A stretch of 62,968 bases of DNA, counting the filler, from Octopus bimaculoides (Eukaryota), in NCBI RefSeq assembly GCF_001194135.2. It is 9 parts of 8 records of this genome, joined end to end, with 100 filler letters (N's around TTAATTAATTAA, not from the genome) between each part and the next. Parts side by side here need not be neighbours in the genome. Positions count along the whole stretch, not along the records: positions 45,887 to 56,048 come from NC_068986.1; positions 56,149 to 57,614 come from NW_026336866.1; positions 57,715 to 61,413 come from NC_068990.1; positions 61,514 to 62,968 come from NW_026380955.1; 5 more parts are not named here. One strand, given 5' to 3'. Positions 51,665 to 62,968 of this stretch are shown in pieces. The translations under genes and the position numbers were made by a program. How positions within the stretch are numbered: position 1 is the first letter of the stretch; every line of letters begins with the position of its first letter. The notes beneath the pieces were generated by a model. It did no database searches. It was given only the letters and a program-made list of their open reading frames with translations, and had not been told where the DNA came from.

Positions 51665-52554
51665 NNNNNNNNNNNNNNNNNNNNNNNNNNNNNNNNNNNN
51701 NNNNNNNNNNNNNNNNNNNNNNNNNNNNNNNNNNNNNNNNNNNNNNNNNNNNNNNNNNNNNNNNNNNNNNNNNNNNNNNNNNNNNNNNNNNNNNNNNNNN
51801 NNNNNNNNNNNNNNNNNNNNNNNNNNNNNNNNNNNNNNNNNNNNNNNNNNNNNNNNNNNNNNNNNNNNNNNNNNNNNNNNNNNNNNNNNNNNNNNNNNNN
51901 NNNNNNNNNNNNNNNNNNNNNNNNNNNNNNNNNNNNNNNNNNNNNNNNNNNNNNNNNNNNNNNNNNNNNNNNNNNNNNNNNNNNNNNNNNNNNNNNNNNN
52001 NNNNNNNNNNNNNNNNNNNNNNNNNNNNNNNNNNNNNNNNNNNNNNNNNNNNNNNNNNNNNNNNNNNNNNNNNNNNNNNNNNNNNNNNNNNNNNNNNNNN
52101 NNNNNNNNNNNNNNNNNNNNNNNNNNNNNNNNNNNNNNNNNNNNNNNNNNNNNNNNNNNNNNNNNNNNNNNNNNNNNNNNNNNNNNNNNNNNNNNNNNNN
52201 NNNNNNNNNNNNNNNNNNNNNNNNNNNNNNNNNNNNNNNNNNNNNNNNNNNNNNNNNNNNNNNNNNNNNNNNNNNNNNNNNNNNNNNNNNNNNNNNNNNN
52301 NNNNNNNNNNNNNNNNNNNNNNNNNNNNNNNNNNNNNNNNNNNNNNNNNNNNNNNNNNNNNNNNNNNNNNNNNNNNNNNNNNNNNNNNNNNNNNNNNNNN
52401 NNNNNNNNNNNNNNNNNNNNNNNNNNNNNNNNNNNNNNNNNNNNNNNNNNNNNNNNNNNNNNNNNNNNNNNNNNNNNNNNNNNNNNNNNNNNNNNNNNNN
52501 NNNNNNNNNNNNNNNNNNNNNNNNNNNNNNNNNNNNNNNNNNNNNNNNNNNNNN

Positions 52555-52589
<35 letters not shown>

Positions 52590-52752
52590 ACACATATATG
52601 TATATACACTCATAATACAAACAATATGTTATATATGGTGCAATATAAGTCAGTGTGGATATGACCATATACGAAGAGCAATATCTGACATATAAACAAT
52701 TAATGTAAATATATTTTGCGGTGATATTTTGTGGGTGATATTTTACTAACAA

Positions 52753-53170
52753 TGGCGGTGAGCTGGCAGAAATATTAGTAGGTCAGGCAAAATGCTTAGC
52801 TGTATTTTATCTGCCGTTACGTTCTGAGTTCAAATTCCGCTGAGGTTGACTTAGCTATTCATCATTTCGGGGTCGACAAATTAAGTACCGAATGCGTACT
52901 GGGATCCATCTAACCGACTGTCCCCTTCCCCACAAAATATCGGGTTTTGTGCCTAGAGTAGAAAAGGATATGTTTAGTAACCAAGGCGGCGAGCTGGCAG
53001 AAAACTTTGCACGCCGGGCGAAATGCTTATCGGTATCGTGTCCGTCTTTACTTACTCAGTTCAAATTCCGGAATCGATAAATTAAGTTCAAGTTGCATAC
53101 TGGGATCGATTTAATCGACTGGTCCCCTACCCCAAAATTGCGGCCCTGTGCCTAGAGAAGGAAAGAATAT
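52753..53170 (+). mobile_element. Tandem pair of SINE family B copies
   Basis: Heads at ~52753 and ~52984, each with B-box, core and CCCCAAAAT..GTGCCTAGAG..GAAA tail. Confidence 0.88.
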
Positions 53171-53678
53171 GTTGCGGATTAATTTATTACAAAATACTAA
53201 CGGTTATGTAAAAGATGTCTCCACCTATGTTGTATTAACTACATTTTTTTAATATATATTGAAACACATCAGTTTATAATAATCTATATTTCTAGCGAAT
53301 GATCCACTATTTTAACTGCTACATATTATGTACAAGTCAATTATTTATTAGAACATATATGGTTGGCAGTTTTGATAAGTTCCAACCATGTGAAAGCGCA
53401 TTAGAAGAAACATTATTGTCATTCGTGCAACGTTATATTTCATATAGATTGCAGATATCAGTAAATTTATTATATATACATATGAATATTGAAATATTGC
53501 AATAAATAAATAGACAAATATACTATTGGTATATTTCATTAAAAAATGACATAAAGGTAGAAGAAGCAATATAAAAGAATGAAATCTATATATAATAACC
53601 GTTGATCGCACTATTCTATGTAATAGCTAGCTAGATGGATAGATGGATAGAAAGGTAAATAAAAAGATAGATAGATAA

Positions 53679-53719
<41 letters not shown>

Positions 53720-54213
53720 ATAATGTATATATAAGTATATTTCTTTGTGTGTGTTTGTGTGAGTGGAAATCCTAAACTTAGATATATGCATATTAAGTTT
53801 TGGACAGAATATACAGTTTTATATATAAAAATTACTTTAATGCATATTCCGTGTAGGTATGTGGTTGAGTGTTTGTAATTGCACATAATATTATGTGCAT
53901 GAATAAATATATACAGATTGTACAGTATATGTAATTATGAATTTGACAACGCGTTAGGTTAACTATAGGGTATCTGCAAATTATAATAATCACGAAATCC
54001 CAAATTGGCATATGTAAGTTTACATATCCCATTTCGTGTTATTAATATCATAAATGAATATATACATAAATATTGCACGCACACGCGAACATACATACAC
54101 ACATAAACACACGCACATACGTTTCCATATATATATAAATATTTATGAATAAATGTGTACACACATATACGTTTCCATATATAGATATAAATATTTATGC
54201 ATAAATGTTTGTG

Positions 54214-54311
<98 letters not shown>

Positions 54312-54564
54312 CATATGCATGCCTGTTACAGTGAAGACACACGCACAAACACACACACACAAACACAAACACACACATACACACCCATACACACACACAT
54401 GTATATATATACGCACGTTTGAAAGTCGTTTAATTTTTATGTGAATATACATTACTCAATTTTTTTTCACCCTTAAGCGCGTAACGCAGTACACTAAATT
54501 GAACATAAATACTACATGCTACAGGAAATTTCTTGTGCATAACTACTGCATACCATTCACATAC

Positions 54565-54620
54565 CACTTTATGTCCTTTACCACAATATATTAAGTCATC
54601 ATTTAAAGATGTTTCTGTAG
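54565..54620 (-). other. Candidate 56-nt internal exon of an unidentified gene
   Basis: Acceptor TTTTACGTTTTTCCTATTTCGATAG, donor GTG|GTATGT, open frame (A)TETSLNDDLIYCGKGHKV in non-repeat DNA; no homology recognised. Confidence 0.25.
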
Positions 54621-54868
54621 CTATCGAAATAGGAAAAACGTAAAATTTTAAAAACACAAGCAGGAAGTTTAAGCACAGTCACCAATTTTAAAGGCAATAT
54701 TGGGTATGAAATATTTATGTTAAGTTCACAGAGATTTTCCAGTTGACGTGCCGAAGCGCAGATTCCAACTCTTTTGAATTACCTATCTACAAGTATACGA
54801 TAGAGCAACACTATAACAACGACGTTCATTTTCGTTTCAAAACTGACTCACCAATATGATCTATACAT

Positions 54869-54903
<35 letters not shown>

Positions 54904-57124
54904 TACATATACACACATATATGTGTACACAAAACATACACAGATGTGTATGTTTATAGACGCAGGCGTGGCTGTAGACGCCGGTGTGGTTATAGGAATA
55001 GGCTTGGCTGGCGGTAAAATGCATTCTTTCCAACTAGATTGAGTCTGAATTCACTCTCAATGCCAAGCAAGTTGTGGAAGTGAGCCGACCTTAAACTTGT
55101 GAGTCGAAATTAAAAGGAAGCTGTTACACACACGTACACGTATACACACACACGCACGCACATACACATAGGATCAATCACTCATTCACTCACACACATT
55201 AATGATTTTATATTCCGATAGATACCATGTATGCTCATTAAAGGCTTTCCAGGGTACTCGGTTACATGGTGCCAACAACAGTTTGGAGGTATATGACAGT
55301 GGAGTTATTTTAGAAATTCCATTGTCCGTAGAACTTAATAAAAATAGAAGAGAGGGAAAATGGAAAACAGGAGACAGTTTATCCAGAACCACGATGAGTG
55401 GAGGGAGACCTGTACAATACTCATGCATTATAGATGCAGCCGAGTCTTCTTAGTTGACTTTTCAGAAAGTAACTCGTTGTTTCTCTGAACTTTTAATGTG
55501 TTGTTGTTGTCGTTCTTGTTGTGTTTTACTCTGTGTGTGGGGGTGGGGGTGTGTATGTGTATACGTATGCGTGACTATCACCCGTCTGTCACTAACGGCT
55601 GCTTGATTTGCTTTGGTATCCGTAATCTTGCTGTTCGGTAAAAGTGAGTATTAGAGCAGCAAGCAAAATTAACATAGAAAAGTACTCGACTGAAACCTTC
55701 TGGGTCGTCTCTCAGCGTGGCCACATTTCAAAATGATGTGCTGAGGTACGTAAAATATACATATATATATATGTTTATTCTTCTATTCTTTTAGTTGTTT
55801 CCGTCGTCTTTTGATTTCATCCATATTGGAGCACCGCCTTTAGTCAAACAAATCGACCCCAGGACTTATTCGTTGTATGCCAAGTACTTATTCTACTGGT
55901 ACCCTTTTACGAGGTCGTAAACAAAACAACGTCGGTTGTCAAGAGATGGTGAGGGGACAAGCATAGGTTCACAAATATAAATATATATACGTATATATTT
56001 ATATATATATATGTAAGTATACATATGTAAATAGATACGTATATATATNNNNNNNNNNNNNNNNNNNNNNNNNNNNNNNNNNNNNNNNNNNNTTAATTAA
56101 TTAANNNNNNNNNNNNNNNNNNNNNNNNNNNNNNNNNNNNNNNNNNNNATATATATATATATGCTGTATAACTGTTTCTAAGGAGTTCTCAATGTAGGTA
56201 ATATTCTAGTTTTAACTACAAACAAAATTTACAAGCCATTTTCAATATCTTCTCTCATGTCTAGATATTATTTTCAAGTTATTACTTCCTACTAAATAAT
56301 AATCCCTCATTAGTCAGAAGAGAAAGGGTTATCTCAATGCCTTTGTTTCAGAACATCAAAGACTGCTGGCAGTAAAGAAAAAAGTTATCATCAGACTAAA
56401 TACCTGTCCTGTAAACTTGCAACAAAGTTGATTCCACTAAAAGACTCTCAAAGACCAAGTAGTAGTGGTTTCAAACCACCATGTGATCGATCTACCACTT
56501 AATATTAAAATATAGTTTGTGGAATCCTCCATAAGATGCAAACAAATGAATGGCTAGCTGTCAGAAGAATTGTTATATTAAAGCCTGGCTTTGAAAGCAT
56601 TATCCTACCATAATGGGTCAAGTGGAATATAGAAAATGTTTCAATGTTACTAGGAGCTTACCTTTCAGTCCTTAATGTAAGATTAATTGTTCTCTTCATC
56701 AAGTACATCTGTTTGTTATCATTCCAAACAAAAATTTAAAATTACATTGCTGACCCATTACTGAACACACTTTCTTGGATCGTTATACTTGGTCTATGCT
56801 GTTATTACCAACCATACTGGAGCAGTGATGTACTTTCCACTTGCTATAAACTTTGTTGTTAATCTTCTTAAAAACCCATTGAAAATTCTATTTATCTACT
56901 CTATGTAATAAATCATGTTCATTGTTTGTAAAAACATGTCTTGTTGATCCATTTCTGAATATTTGTTTCCTCATATGTTCACCTATTCTCAAACCCCATT
57001 TATTGACTCTTCCAGAAAACTTGTTTCATTATATAATAAACTTTATTTATCCAACCCATAACCAGCTTTATTGATTCATTCCAAGATTCTTGTTTATTTG
57101 CAGTCTATAGCTGGTCCTCATCAT

Positions 57125-57614
57125 TCATTTCAAAACCTTAAGCCTATCTTGAATATTTGTCAGGAAGAAAGTAAGTGCATTCCTTGAAGATAATGATTTG
57201 CTTCCTGACGGCCACAATGGCTTTCGCTCAGGAAGAAGCTGCCTTACACAGCTTTTGCAGCACTATGACTGGGTGTTGAAACAATGAATGCATCGCTCAA
57301 ACGTGGATGTGATATATCTCGACTTCGAAAAGGCCTTTGATAAGGTTGATCATGAGACGATATGTCACAAACTATGGAGATTCAGCATAACTGGGAAAAT
57401 CGGAGGGTGGTTGCATGACTTCTTAAAAGACAGAAGCCGAGCTGTAGCAGCCAACGGAGCCCTCTCCACGGAGTAATTAATCAACAGTGGAGTGCCTCAT
57501 GGAACTGTACTGGGGCAGCTGCTGTTCATGGTGGCTCTTTCAGACATGCTATCAGTTACACAGACAGCCACAATTACTAGCTATACCGACGACACAAAAG
57601 TAGTACAAGCAGTG
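57125..57614 (+). mobile_element. CR1/L2-like LINE reverse-transcriptase fragment
   Basis: HNGFRSGRSCLTQLL; DVIYLDFEKAFDKVDH; WLHDFLKDRS; SGVPHGTVLGQLLF; SYTDDTK. Confidence 0.93.
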
Positions 57615-57714
57615 NNNNNNNNNNNNNNNNNNNNNNNNNNNNNNNNNNNNNNNNNNNNTTAATTAATTAANNNNNNNNNNNNNNNNNNNNNNNNNNNNNN
57701 NNNNNNNNNNNNNN

Positions 57715-58828
57715 TAAAACCTGCAGCATTTCCACACATTATAATTGTGACGCGATCTTTGTATACCTTAAACCAAGGGGCTCTGGCCTCCTCCTTCATA
57801 ATGAAAGTCCGCGGTGGTATCCGTTTCCAAAAGAAGCCAGTCTCATTCATATTGAAAACTTGTTCACGCGAATATCCCTTCTCCTCGACGATGGTCTTGA
57901 ACGTCTCGTTCACGTACTCCTCGGCGGCGGGTTTGTCAGCAGAGGCAGCTTCTCCATGCGGGGACACACTGTTAAGGTTGAACCTCCTTTGAAATTTATC
58001 AAACCAGCCCTTGCTGGCATTAAATTCGGTTGGTTTGGTGGGAGATACCGCAGATGGTCTTGGTTCAGAGTCGTCTGTGTCGTCATCACTGCCATCCGTA
58101 AACTTACCGTACAGCTGCTTGGCCTTCTCACAGATGGTGTTGGTATCCAGTGCAATGTTCTTCCTGCAGTCACTGATCCAAAGGGCTAGTGCAGACTCCA
58201 TCCTAACGATGGCCTTATTGCTGGAAGTTTCCACTCTTTTCGCTGTCTTGTTAAAAGTCACTTTTGCCGTCGCCCTTATATTTTTTCGTCCTTCTTGATG
58301 TAGCGAAGGGTAGATTCATTGATGCTGTATTTGCGGGCTACATCCACAGACCTTCTCCTTTCCTTAAGCATGTCGAGGAGTCTCACCTTCTCTGCTATAG
58401 TAAGGATCTTCCTCTGACGCTTGGGTACAGTGCCAGAAGCCTTAGAAGGTGCAGAACGTTTGGGCGACATCGTAGGGCTTGAAATAAATTCACAATTTTA
58501 CACACAAATGTAAAACACCACCACACACTCGCCTCCCGAGTTTCGTTTTCCATACAGTATGTGCATATTTTCTGCAAATATATTTTAATTAATTTGTTAT
58601 ACAGTGCAGTACTGTATTTTTATCTATTAATTTATTAATTTTTAGGCGTGAAAATCCTGAATTTACGACAGAAATAATTAAAATCTAAAAAAATATAAAT
58701 ACGTATCGGCCGCAGAAATCCGTGATATACTGAGGAGTCCGCGATATGAATTTATATATATTAAGCAGAAAAATCTGCGATGTACTGAGTGCGCGATAGG
58801 TGAACCGCGGTATGGCGAGTGATTACTG
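57715..58828 (-). mobile_element. Tigger/pogo DNA transposon: 5' TIR plus frameshifted transposase, truncated by gap
   Basis: TA|CAGTAATCACTCGCCATACCGCGGTTCACCTATCG TIR; MSPKRSAP..RQRKILTIAEKVRLLDML..VARKYSINESTLRYIKK; FNASKGWFDKFQRRF; VFNMNETGFFWKRIPPRTFI..KDRVTIIMCGNAAG. Confidence 0.95.
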
Positions 58829-58914
58829 TATATTCAAAACTAATAACTAATGTAAATATACATACATACATGTATACATATACACACACACACATATGCA
58901 TGTATGTACATGTA

Positions 58915-59008
<94 letters not shown>

Positions 59009-59044
59009 CATGCACATATACATACACACACAGAGACATATATA

Positions 59045-59918
59045 GGGGGGTCTTCGGGCAAAAATTCGACAGTTTGCATGAAATCAGAAAAAAATACAAT
59101 ATCCCACCCAAAAATATAAGTATTTTTTTAAAAATCGAAAAGTATCAATTGGATTATGGCTAGGTACTCAAAGAACCTGCCTTCAGCTTCCTCCACGGTC
59201 TCAAGACGGCTCTGGAACCTGGCGCATGAGCTCCTCATTGTGTCTCTGGGAAAATCTTCGAACACTTCTTTGATCATAGCGACCAGCTCGACCTTATTAT
59301 TGCAGAAAGATCGGTTGATGTCTTTTTCGACCGCGCCCTACGCATAATAATCCATAGGATTACAATCGAGGGAATTAAATGACAGAAATTGGAGCTGATG
59401 AAGTGGTAGAAATTCTCTGACAACCACCTCTGAGTCTTTCTTCTAGTACGGCAAGGAACCGAATCTTGTTGCTACACATATGGCCTTCTAGAGGCAACCC
59501 TCTCTAGCCAGGGTGCAACCAGTCTCCAGCAGCTTCATATGGCCGTCTGAATTGAACCTAAGGCCCCGTTCAAAGATATGGAGCGGTATAGCGTCACCTT
59601 TACTGGAGACACGCCTAAGGATCTTCTGACCACAGCTTCGTAGTCTCTGCTGCATTTGTCTATGTCATATCTTACAGCCTTCACAGTGTTCAGAGAGCAT
59701 TGAGCAGCAATCATGATGTCGGCATTTTGATACACAGCATTAATCATCATGACACATGTAACTCTTTTCCAATATTCAGATAGCTTCCAGTTCTCTCTAT
59801 GTCAGTTTACTTTTTCTCAACTACAACTTTAGTCTTCGCGCTCTCCAACGCCGTTGACTATTCACCAATACATCACGCTGTTGCTGAAACATTAAAACTC
59901 GTCAAATTTAGCCCGAAC

Positions 59919-59922
<4 letters not shown>
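59045..59922 (-). mobile_element. Internally deleted maT (DD37D) element with imperfect TIRs
   Basis: Ends TTCGGGCAAAAATTCGACAGTTT and the reverse complement TTCGGGCTAAATTTGACGAGTTT; N-terminal peptide (AAQCSLNTVKAVR..VVRRS) fused at ~59620 to GVSSKGD..; QDSVPC..TQRWLSENFY..DCNPMDYY..SRLETVEEAEGRFFE. Confidence 0.88.
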
Positions 59923-59970
<48 letters not shown>

Positions 59971-60086
59971 AAACAACGAGACGAATGAATNNNNNNNNNN
60001 NNNNNNNNNNNNNNNNNNNNNNNNNNNNNNNNNNNNNNNNNNNNNNNNNNNNNNNNNNNNNNNNNNNNNNNNNNNNNNNNNNNNNN

Positions 60087-60155
<69 letters not shown>

Positions 60156-61142
60156 CATATGTCCATTCACCATTTGTTTTGTTATATACATACACATATA
60201 TGTATGTATATAAGTTATGTATATGCTATGTATATGTATATGCACACATATATATGCACACACATACATACATACATACATACATACAGACGTTGGGGAA
60301 GAGAGACAGAAAGAGATTTCAGCGAGAATGTAACAAGATATAGAGGGGGAGAGAAATGACGATGGTGCTGGCGTAGTTATTGCTGGTACTGGTGGTGTAA
60401 ACAAGAAAAATAGAACAGCAAAGTGGCTGTGTAAGTTGCAAGATAAGCAGCAGAGTAAATGAGGAAATTAATCTTTTTTTGTGTTCCCGTGTAAGGTAAT
60501 CTGTCATTTTTGTCCGTCAAGACTCCTAATCTCGTGCCTTAAGACACCTATCCTCGTAAATTGTAAAAACATTTGAACTGGGGTTTATAAATTGCTTTCA
60601 TTGTTGCCTTTTATTTTCTTCTTTATTGCAATACATCTTACTTAAATATGAGCAGCCAGAGCCTTCGCGAGTACTTCAAATGCCATGCTCTGCTATTACT
60701 GGTAGTGGCTAATGACTTCAGTAACTCGTTCAGTGTGTTTCCCTGTTTCACACGAATCCCGAACTTGGCTAGCTCCGGCTGACAGTACTTGGTATCGATA
60801 CTTTGTCTAGCGTCACGAATCGGGATCGTTGACTATGGATAATAGCTGATACACTCTTGTTAGTAAAAGGTAGTGAGTAAATCTCAATAAATGTGTAGTA
60901 GAAACCCAAGGTACCGTTTGGCTCTACTCACCACCATACCGACAATACCTACAATACCTACAGCCCAAAATGATACCAAATGTATTCCTCCGCATTTCCA
61001 TACCAGTGAGGTTTTGAGGGAGATCCTGACCTTTGGGCAACTCAGAATTTCAATACAGACAGTCCAGGATTGCACCCTTAAGAGGCCATCAGTGAGGTTA
61101 TGAGAGAGGTCCTGGCCTCTGAGCAACCTAGAATTTCAATAT

Positions 61143-61413
61143 ATCTCACTCCCTCAATCACTTGGTCGGCAATGTCGACCGACATCTCCTCGATACGGTG
61201 CTGTACAGTGTTGTTAGAGACGGAAACACTCTCCAACTTCGCCACCTCTCAATTTACGTGCCTGACCAAGATCTTTGCCGCTGGCACGACGAGAGACTCC
61301 GCAATAGTATGTGCCTTCATGTTTTTGGCCACCAGAAGAGCAACTTAATAGGATGCTTTCACAAGGCCTGTCCTCTTCTGGTAGATCTGGCTATTCTTGT
61401 TTATGTACTGCCG
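61143..61413 (-). mobile_element. hAT (Buster/ZBED5-like) transposase fragment
   Basis: KASY*VALLVAKNMKAHTIAESLVVPAAK..VSVSNNTVQHRIEEMSVDIADQVI is the hallmark Buster/SPIN-group motif (KPHTIxExLIxPAA..LSNxTVxRRI). Confidence 0.9.
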
Positions 61414-62439
61414 NNNNNNNNNNNNNNNNNNNNNNNNNNNNNNNNNNNNNNNNNNNNTTAATTAATTAANNNNNNNNNNNNNNNNNNNNNNNNNNNNNNN
61501 NNNNNNNNNNNNNATTATTCTTTCGAACAACGAAAGACACAAATGGGAAACAAAACAAACAACCTAAAGAACGACCCTTCATCAGTTGTTGGCTGTTTTT
61601 CTAGTCACGTATTTCGAACATTTAACAACAATATACGCTTTCGGAATATATAAAATATATATAATTTTAATTGGAATTTATAAAATGCATATTCATGTGT
61701 ATCGAAAACTATGGATAATTCATATTTAAAAATATATACTAGAAAAACAAAAGAGAAGCAATACAAAATAAAAATAAATGAAATTATGGCACTGAAAGTA
61801 GTATCATGGAAAAGGGTGAAGCTCTTTCAAAACACACCTGTACATGAACAGTATTATCACTCTAAATATCATCGGTTGGTGCTGTTAACGATGAGTGTGT
61901 GTGTGTGGGTGGGGGGCTATGTATGCTGATACATAATAGGTATATGAATACATTGTAGCTATGATATATTATAGAATAAAATAAAAAATTTTGGCAATAT
62001 TACATGAACAAATTTAATACACTGGACCGTTGTTAAATCACACCGTCAGTAATATTTTGGAGGTACATATACATGCGCGCGCGTGTGTGTGTGCAAAACA
62101 TTCAGATATATATAATGATACATTACTAGGTCTCTGGGCAACCGAAGAGTACTGCCCACCCCTACTATATTGACGGAGCGGAAGTGGGAGCAATCATCTC
62201 TGTACAAAATTTGTAAGTGGATGCCTCGTAATTTTTTCTCTCAAGGCTACGATAAAATGTTTTCGCATTGTCTACAATATGCTCGACTAAATGCTTTCAA
62301 ATAATCAACTGTAGATATAGCTACATAATACATGCTTCAGTATTCTAATTTACGCTTTCCATATATAGTTTTAATAATTATGTAATCGACTATCGAATTA
62401 TTTGCAATGCAAAGAGATTAGCTCTGTTATATCTTCTTA

Positions 62440-62680
62440 TGCTACTACTATTTATAGCAATCCAAGCTATTAATTATGCAAGCAAACAAGGAATAAAACG
62501 TGCATTCTTCTGATGAGTGGGCAACCATCTCCGAAACACGTCCGTAATAGAATTCCAAGTTGTTTTCTATTTACTTAGGAGAGTAAATTATTTGTAATCT
62601 TTACAGCTAAAATCTTCCAAATAGATAACTAAATGTTTCCACAAAATACAAATTTCCTACTTTATTATATTTCAGAAATA
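62440..62680 (+). mobile_element. PLE-LTR-like remnant with hammerhead-like motif at 62504-62553
   Basis: ATTCTT CTGATGA GTGG-GCAA-CCAT CTCC GAAAC ACGTCC GTA ATAGAAT. Confidence 0.45.
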
Positions 62681-62869
62681 TACTTGTGCAGTAGGGTGTG
62701 AGAGACAAAATACATTTACAGGATGTTCAGGTTAAATTTGTCGATGGCATGGCTTATAGGGACAAGCATCACTGTGTTAAAAAGCTTGCTTCTCACATTT
62801 TGCTCAAAAGAAATATTACATTATGTAACCTATGTAGTTTCTCCGTAGATTGAAAAAAGTGATGATCAG

Positions 62870-62910
62870 CCTTAAACGATTTTCGAACCTTATTGGGCCT
62901 TCATCAGAGG
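62870..62910 (-). ncRNA. Degenerate minimal hammerhead-like motif
   Basis: CCT CTGATGA A GGCC-CAATAA-GGTT C GAAAATCGTTT A AGG. Confidence 0.45.
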
Positions 62911-62968
62911 TAGCTACATCAATTTGACCAATCTCAGAGAAAGAAACAGCCACTCTGCTTATATACTC

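Noticed and set aside
55200-55455. 83-aa ORF as a possible exon
   Set aside because: An alternative frame (FIQNHDEWR) resembles a decayed RTE C-terminus; splice signals are weak.
61540-61640. GAAATACG...CTGATGAAGGG on the minus strand (possible type-II order)
   Set aside because: Stems cannot be formed consistently.

Overview
AT-rich, microsatellite-dense, gap-ridden eukaryotic DNA. Its SINE families, simple-repeat load and N-gap style suggest an Octopus (coleoid cephalopod) draft assembly; this is an inference. No intact host gene, RNA gene or CRISPR array can be supported. The window is mostly decayed transposable elements: at least four SINE-like families; LINE remnants (CR1/L2-like, L1/Tx1, RTE, R4/Dong-type RLE); several Penelope-like elements (PLEs); and DNA transposons (DD34D mariner, DD37D maT, Tigger/pogo plus a matching MITE, hAT/Buster). 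The most notable signal is about nine type-I hammerhead-ribozyme-like motifs (CUGANGA...GAAA...NUH, several with a pairing stem I), in both minimal and long-stem-II forms, mostly in PLE-type contexts. One pair belongs to a 433-bp insert with a tRNA-like head, inverted hammerhead-bearing arms and a 12-bp TSD, which splits an RTE LINE. It is a candidate Pol III-driven, hammerhead-bearing non-autonomous element mobilised by PLEs. All family assignments come from motif recognition by eye, not database searches, and boundaries are approximate unless TSDs or TIRs are given.
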